DNA of 64,000 nucleotides from an uncultured Actinomycetes bacterium. GTDB lineage: Bacteria; Actinomycetota; Thermoleophilia; Gaiellales; Gaiellaceae. The notes beneath the pieces were generated by a model that was given only the letters and a program-made list of their open reading frames with translations, made no database searches and was not told where the DNA came from. Within the stretch, counting starts at the first letter, position 1. Each line of letters starts with the position of its first letter. Where the stretch lies: positions 88,038-152,037 of the forward strand of contig CAWJZZ010000009.1 of assembly GCA_963847475.1 (NCBI GenBank). The letters are read 5' to 3'. Below are positions 62,007 to 64,000 of this stretch, piece after piece. Position numbers and translations under genes: made by a program.

Positions 62007-63374
62007 CTACGCCGCGGCCTCCGAGCCGGTTGCCGTTGCGCGTTGCGCGGCGATGAAGTCGCGGTACCAGTAGAAGCTGCCCTTCGGCACCCGCTCGAGC
62101 GTCGCGTAGTCGACGTAGATGAGACCGAAGCGCTTCCAGTAGCCCCACGCCCACTCGAAGTTGTCGAGCAGCGACCACGCGAAGTAGCCTCGGAGCGGCA
62201 CACCGTCGGCGATCGCACGGGCCGCAGCATCGATGTAGACCTGGAGGTACGACTCACGCTCGGGGTCGTGCACGGATCCGTCGTGTCCGCGCACGTCGGG
62301 GAACGCGGCCCCGTTCTCGGTCACGTAGATCGCCGGCGGCGAGTAGTCACGATGGAGCCGGACGAGCAGGTCGTGCAGTCCTTCCGGGACGACCTCCCAG
62401 CCCATGTCCGTGCGGTCGACGTCGCTGCGGCGAACGATGCGAGAGCGCCCGCCGTTCTCGTCGGCGGCGACGAGCGGCGAGGTGTAGTTGTTGACGCCGA
62501 GGAAGTCGATCGGCGCGGCGATCGTCTCGAGGTCGCCGTCGTGCATCTCCGGCAGGATTGCCGCCCAGGCCTCAAGCATGTCCTCGGGGTACGAGCCCTT
62601 GAAGATCGGGTCGAGAAACCAGCGGTTGTGCAGCCCATCGACCCAGCGCACGGCCTGCGCATCCTCCTCCGACAGGCTCGCCGGATAGGGATTGTCGAGG
62701 TTGAGAGTGATCCCGACCTGTGACGCGGGTGACGCACGCCGCAGGATCTCGACGGCGCGTCCGTGGGAGAGCAGCAGGTGATGTGCTGTCGCGAGCGCAT
62801 CCGCGTCCGAGGTGCGTCCCGGTGCGTGATGGCCCCAACCGTGCCCGACCCAGGAGACCACCCACGGCTCGTTGTGCGTGATCCAGCGCTCGACTCGGTC
62901 GCCAAGCCGTTCCGCGACCGCCTCGACGTACTCTGCGAAGGCGTCGACCGTGGCTCTGGCGGGCCAGCCGCCCGCGTCCTCGAGCGGCTGCGGCGTGTCC
63001 CAGTGGAAGAGGGTCACGTACGGTGCGATCCCGTTGCCGAGCAGCTCGTCGACCAGGCGGTCGTAGAAGTCGAGCCCCGCTTCGTTGACCGCACCTCGCC
63101 CCGTCGGGATGACGCGCGGCCAGGCGATCGAGAACCGAAACGCGTCGACGCCGAGCTCGCCCAGCAGCGCGATGTCGTCGCTGTAGCGGTGGTAGAAGTC
63201 ACACGCCACGGCGCCGGTGTCGCCGTTCCGCACCTTGCCCGGTGTCGCTGCGAATCGGTCCCAGACGCTCTCGCCGCGCCCGTCCTCGTTGGTCGCCCCT
63301 TCGATCTGGTACGACGCGGTCGCCGTGCCCCAGACGAAGTCGGACGGGAGCGTTCTATGTAGTTGGTCTGGCAT
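62007..63374 (-). CDS. bglA: GH1 beta-glucosidase
   Basis: ATG 63374; FVWGTATASYQIEG, acid/base ITHNEPW, nucleophile YVTENGAA, FAWSLLDNFEW. Confidence 0.9.
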   Translation of the reverse strand: MPDQLHRTLPSDFVWGTATASYQIEGATNEDGRGESVWDRFAATPGKVRNGDTGAVACDFYHRYSDDIALLGELGVDAFRFSIAWPRVIPTGRGAVNEAGLDFYDRLVDELLGNGIAPYVTLFHWDTPQPLEDAGGWPARATVDAFAEYVEAVAERLGDRVERWITHNEPWVVSWVGHGWGHHAPGRTSDADALATAHHLLLSHGRAVEILRRASPASQVGITLNLDNPYPASLSEEDAQAVRWVDGLHNRWFLDPIFKGSYPEDMLEAWAAILPEMHDGDLETIAAPIDFLGVNNYTSPLVAADENGGRSRIVRRSDVDRTDMGWEVVPEGLHDLLVRLHRDYSPPAIYVTENGAAFPDVRGHDGSVHDPERESYLQVYIDAAARAIADGVPLRGYFAWSLLDNFEWAWGYWKRFGLIYVDYATLERVPKGSFYWYRDFIAAQRATATGSEAAA

Positions 63375-64000
63375 CGAGTTCCTCTCGGATGGCTGGGGCG
63401 GGGGCGGTGACATGGCAGCGGGCGCTCTGGGCCGGGCGCGCCGCGACAAGGGCCGGCGTGACCGACGTGCAGACGGCGACCTTGAGCGGGCAGCGGCCGA
63501 CGAAGCGGCAACCTTCCGGCGGGTCGACCGCCGCAGACGCAAGGCCCTTGCGAATGACGATCGGTGCACGCGCTACCGCCGGATCGGGCACCGATGCGAG
63601 CAGCAGCCGTGTGTACGGGTGGAGCGGTTCCTGCAGCACCTGCTCGGAGGGGCCTTGCTCGACGATCTGGCCGGCGTACATCACGAGCACGGTGTCGGCG
63701 ACGTAGCGCGCGCTCGCGAGATCGTGCGTGACATAGAGGAAGGCGAGGCGCTCGCGCTCCTTCAGGTCGAGCATCAGGTTCAGGATCCCGATCCGGATCG
63801 AGACGTCGAGCATCGACGTCGGCTCATCCGCGATCAGCACCGTCGGCTCGACCGCCAGCGCACGCGCGATCGCAACGCGCTGGCGCTGCCCGCCGGAGAG
63901 CTCGTGCGGGTATTTCGCCGCATACTGCTCGGCCGGAACGAGCCCGACCGTCTCGAGCAGCTCGTTGACGCGACCGTCGATCGTGTCCCGCGTCGCGCGC
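63355..64000 (-). CDS. Oligopeptide/dipeptide-type ABC transporter ATP-binding protein (N-terminus beyond window end)
   Basis: Reverse strand continues upstream of the track Met: ...YPHELSGGQRQRVAIARALAVEPTVLIADEPTSMLD...; C-terminal oligopeptide-ABC extension HPYTRLLLASVP...CRFVGRCP. Confidence 0.85.
   Translation of the reverse strand, partial: RATRDTIDGRVNELLETVGLVPAEQYAAKYPHELSGGQRQRVAIARALAVEPTVLIADEPTSMLDVSIRIGILNLMLDLKERERLAFLYVTHDLASARYVADTVLVMYAGQIVEQGPSEQVLQEPLHPYTRLLLASVPDPAVARAPIVIRKGLASAAVDPPEGCRFVGRCPLKVAVCTSVTPALVAARPAQSARCHVTAPAPAIREELDARPTT

Noticed and set aside
1-64000. Scan for CRISPR arrays, rRNA, tRNA, prophage or large direct repeats
   Set aside because: Intergenic spaces are short (mostly under 200 nt) and none showed repeat-spacer periodicity, a tRNA-like cloverleaf sequence or rRNA signatures. 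The only clear repeats are the RAYT palindromes and the leader module.

Overview
The window is a very GC-rich, densely packed chromosomal segment with third codon positions almost all G/C. Gene content looks like Actinomycetota, possibly a deep-branching lineage, because cytochrome oxidase subunit II carries a fused cytochrome c domain. That placement is inference only. About 70 protein genes are supportable and nearly all are housekeeping.

Gene content in order:
- maltose-type ABC importer
- GabT-like aminotransferase
- a Ser/Thr-phosphosignalling and cell-wall cluster (STPK, FhaA, FhaB, PstP, RodA, PbpA, PknB, Ddl)
- two glutamine synthetase genes, a CDF efflux protein and inorganic pyrophosphatase
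- an ABC-2 exporter coupled to two tandem-GNAT proteins
- a molybdopterin oxidoreductase with a b-type cytochrome
- a PdtaS-like kinase and a PdtaR-ClpS chain
- an ABC-F protein
- an eight-gene overlap-coupled pentose-phosphate operon (tkt, small ORF, rpiB, tal, pgi, gnd, zwf, opcA)
- a REP-associated tyrosine transposase (RAYT, the HUH/Y1 transposase family) flanked by perfect palindromes
- HisN-like phosphatase and an amidase
- ctaB, ctaD and ctaC
- two GT39-like glycosyltransferases with an FAD oxidoreductase
- hemolysin-III, Csp, IF-1, a GH1 beta-glucosidase and a peptide ABC ATPase

I saw no rRNA, tRNA or CRISPR array, and I do not see a convincing novel multi-gene or defence system.

The most unusual observations are:
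1. Many conserved genes are broken by reading-frame shifts that almost all go in the +1 direction. This fits an assembly insertion bias better than genuine decay.
2. A 60-nt promoter/leader module (53/60 identical) sits in front of both ppa and glnA2. Its hairpin-plus-SD core recurs between fhaA and fhaB.
3. The RAYT element has two different perfect 22-bp palindromes.
4. Several unannotated small ORFs, a probable non-AUG infA start, and pknB-ddl translational coupling.

All calls come from reading translations and motifs by eye. No database search was possible.
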